DNA of 64,000 nucleotides from Vescimonas coprocola. GTDB lineage: Bacteria > Bacillota_I > Bacilli_A > RF39 > UBA660. Shown here piece by piece: positions 63,391 through 64,000 of the stretch (position 1 is its first letter; every line of letters begins with the position of its first letter). The stretch spans positions 24,073-88,072 of the forward strand of contig CAVKYE010000002.1 of the NCBI GenBank assembly GCA_963660615.1. Reading direction: 5' to 3'. A program made the position numbers and the translations under genes. Under the pieces are notes generated by a model that worked only from the letters and a program-made list of their open reading frames with translations, was not told the origin of the DNA and ran no database searches.

Positions 63391-64000
63391 CTATTCACAT
63401 ATCCTCTTTCTTTTAACTAAAACCCTAATCATAATAATTAGATAAATTAAAAATCTAAAGAAAATAACCAAACTATAAGTAATAGAAGCCCCCAAAACCT
63501 CGTATGTGCCAACTAAGTGATTGCATAAAAGCAAAGAAGCAAGAATAACAATCACATTACCAATCACTTGAGACTTAATCACCCTCATCGCAATCAAACT
63601 AGAAGAAATACCAGCCGTAATCGCATAAAAGATAGAACCAACAATAATAATTAAAAGCGAAGCCTTATAATCATCCAAATTAATTCCATATATAAGATTC
63701 AAAAGCGGTATTCCAAAAAAATAACAAAGAATAAACGTACCTATACCAGCCACTAAAATAAACAAAAACATCTTTATAAAAAGCTTAATAAGTTCATTAA
63801 TTTTATTCTTATTATAATCCTCCGCAATAGAAACAATAAACGGATTTAAAACAAATCCCCCAAACAAAAGCATAACCGTTGCCGGCATCACAATAATACC
63901 AAAAATAGCTTGAAGATCATTAGTCAAAAGATTATCAATCGCATACTTAGGCATATTAACAATATAAGTTGTCAAAAAAGTCAAAAGACATATAAATATA
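63391..64000 (-). CDS. polysaccharide flippase (Wzx/MOP family), C-terminal part; gene continues beyond the window
   Basis: The frame is open to base 64000, so the track start at 63984 is an internal TTG. It consists of successive TM helices typical of MOP flippases, and the stop overlaps the next gene. Confidence 0.6.
   Translation of the reverse strand, partial: IFICLLTFLTTYIVNMPKYAIDNLLTNDLQAIFGIIVMPATVMLLFGGFVLNPFIVSIAEDYNKNKINELIKLFIKMFLFILVAGIGTFILCYFFGIPLLNLIYGINLDDYKASLLIIIVGSIFYAITAGISSSLIAMRVIKSQVIGNVIVILASLLLCNHLVGTYEVLGASITYSLVIFFRFLIYLIIMIRVLVKRKRICE

Noticed and set aside
1-64000. An alternative genetic code (TGA = Trp, as in Mollicutes), given the very low GC.
   Set aside because: TGA terminates well-defined genes (for example comEB at 732-734, in an ATGA overlap with the next gene). 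Trp in conserved motifs is encoded by TGG. All family-length ORFs close properly under the standard code.
1-64000. CRISPR arrays, rRNA or tRNA genes.
   Set aside because: I saw no regularly spaced direct repeats. I also found no GTTCGAATC-type T-arm or rRNA-like conserved stretches while reading either strand. This was by eye only; tRNAscan or Infernal would be decisive.

Overview
This is an AT-rich (about 25-30% GC by eye) chromosomal segment from an endospore-forming Firmicute that uses the standard code; TGA acts as a stop at 732-734. Three blocks are visible. (1) Core housekeeping DNA at 1-16 kb and 30-57 kb carries comEB, ffh, smc, an ABC-F ATPase, def, ftsW/spoVE-like, comEA, comEC, dnaG, sigA, trmK, pilC/prepilin peptidase, queH, uppP, holA, rarA, xer, zupT, mnmA and spoIIM-like, plus two OmpR/HK two-component pairs. 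(2) A roughly 13.9-kb integrative element (about 16043-29983) is bounded by a perfect 30-bp inverted junction pair and ends in a large serine recombinase. It sits inside a tiny YjcZ-type sporulation gene. Its cargo is a transposase remnant, a tightly coupled five-gene enzyme operon (NMP-kinase-like, methyltransferase, GHMP/beta-RFAP-synthase-like::methyltransferase fusion, HisC-like PLP enzyme, U32-like Fe-S protein), an ITPA-type HAM1 NTPase, two Gre-factor paralogs, a sigma-region-4 regulator and an orphan MazF. (3) A minus-strand surface-polysaccharide locus (57.2-64 kb) runs off the window. I saw no rRNA, tRNA or CRISPR array. The most interesting part is the element: its symmetric att sites, possible sporulation-linked excision, and a cargo operon that fits no pathway I recognise. 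All protein family calls rest on motifs read in the supplied translations, not on searches. Many long antisense ORFs in the track are composition artefacts.
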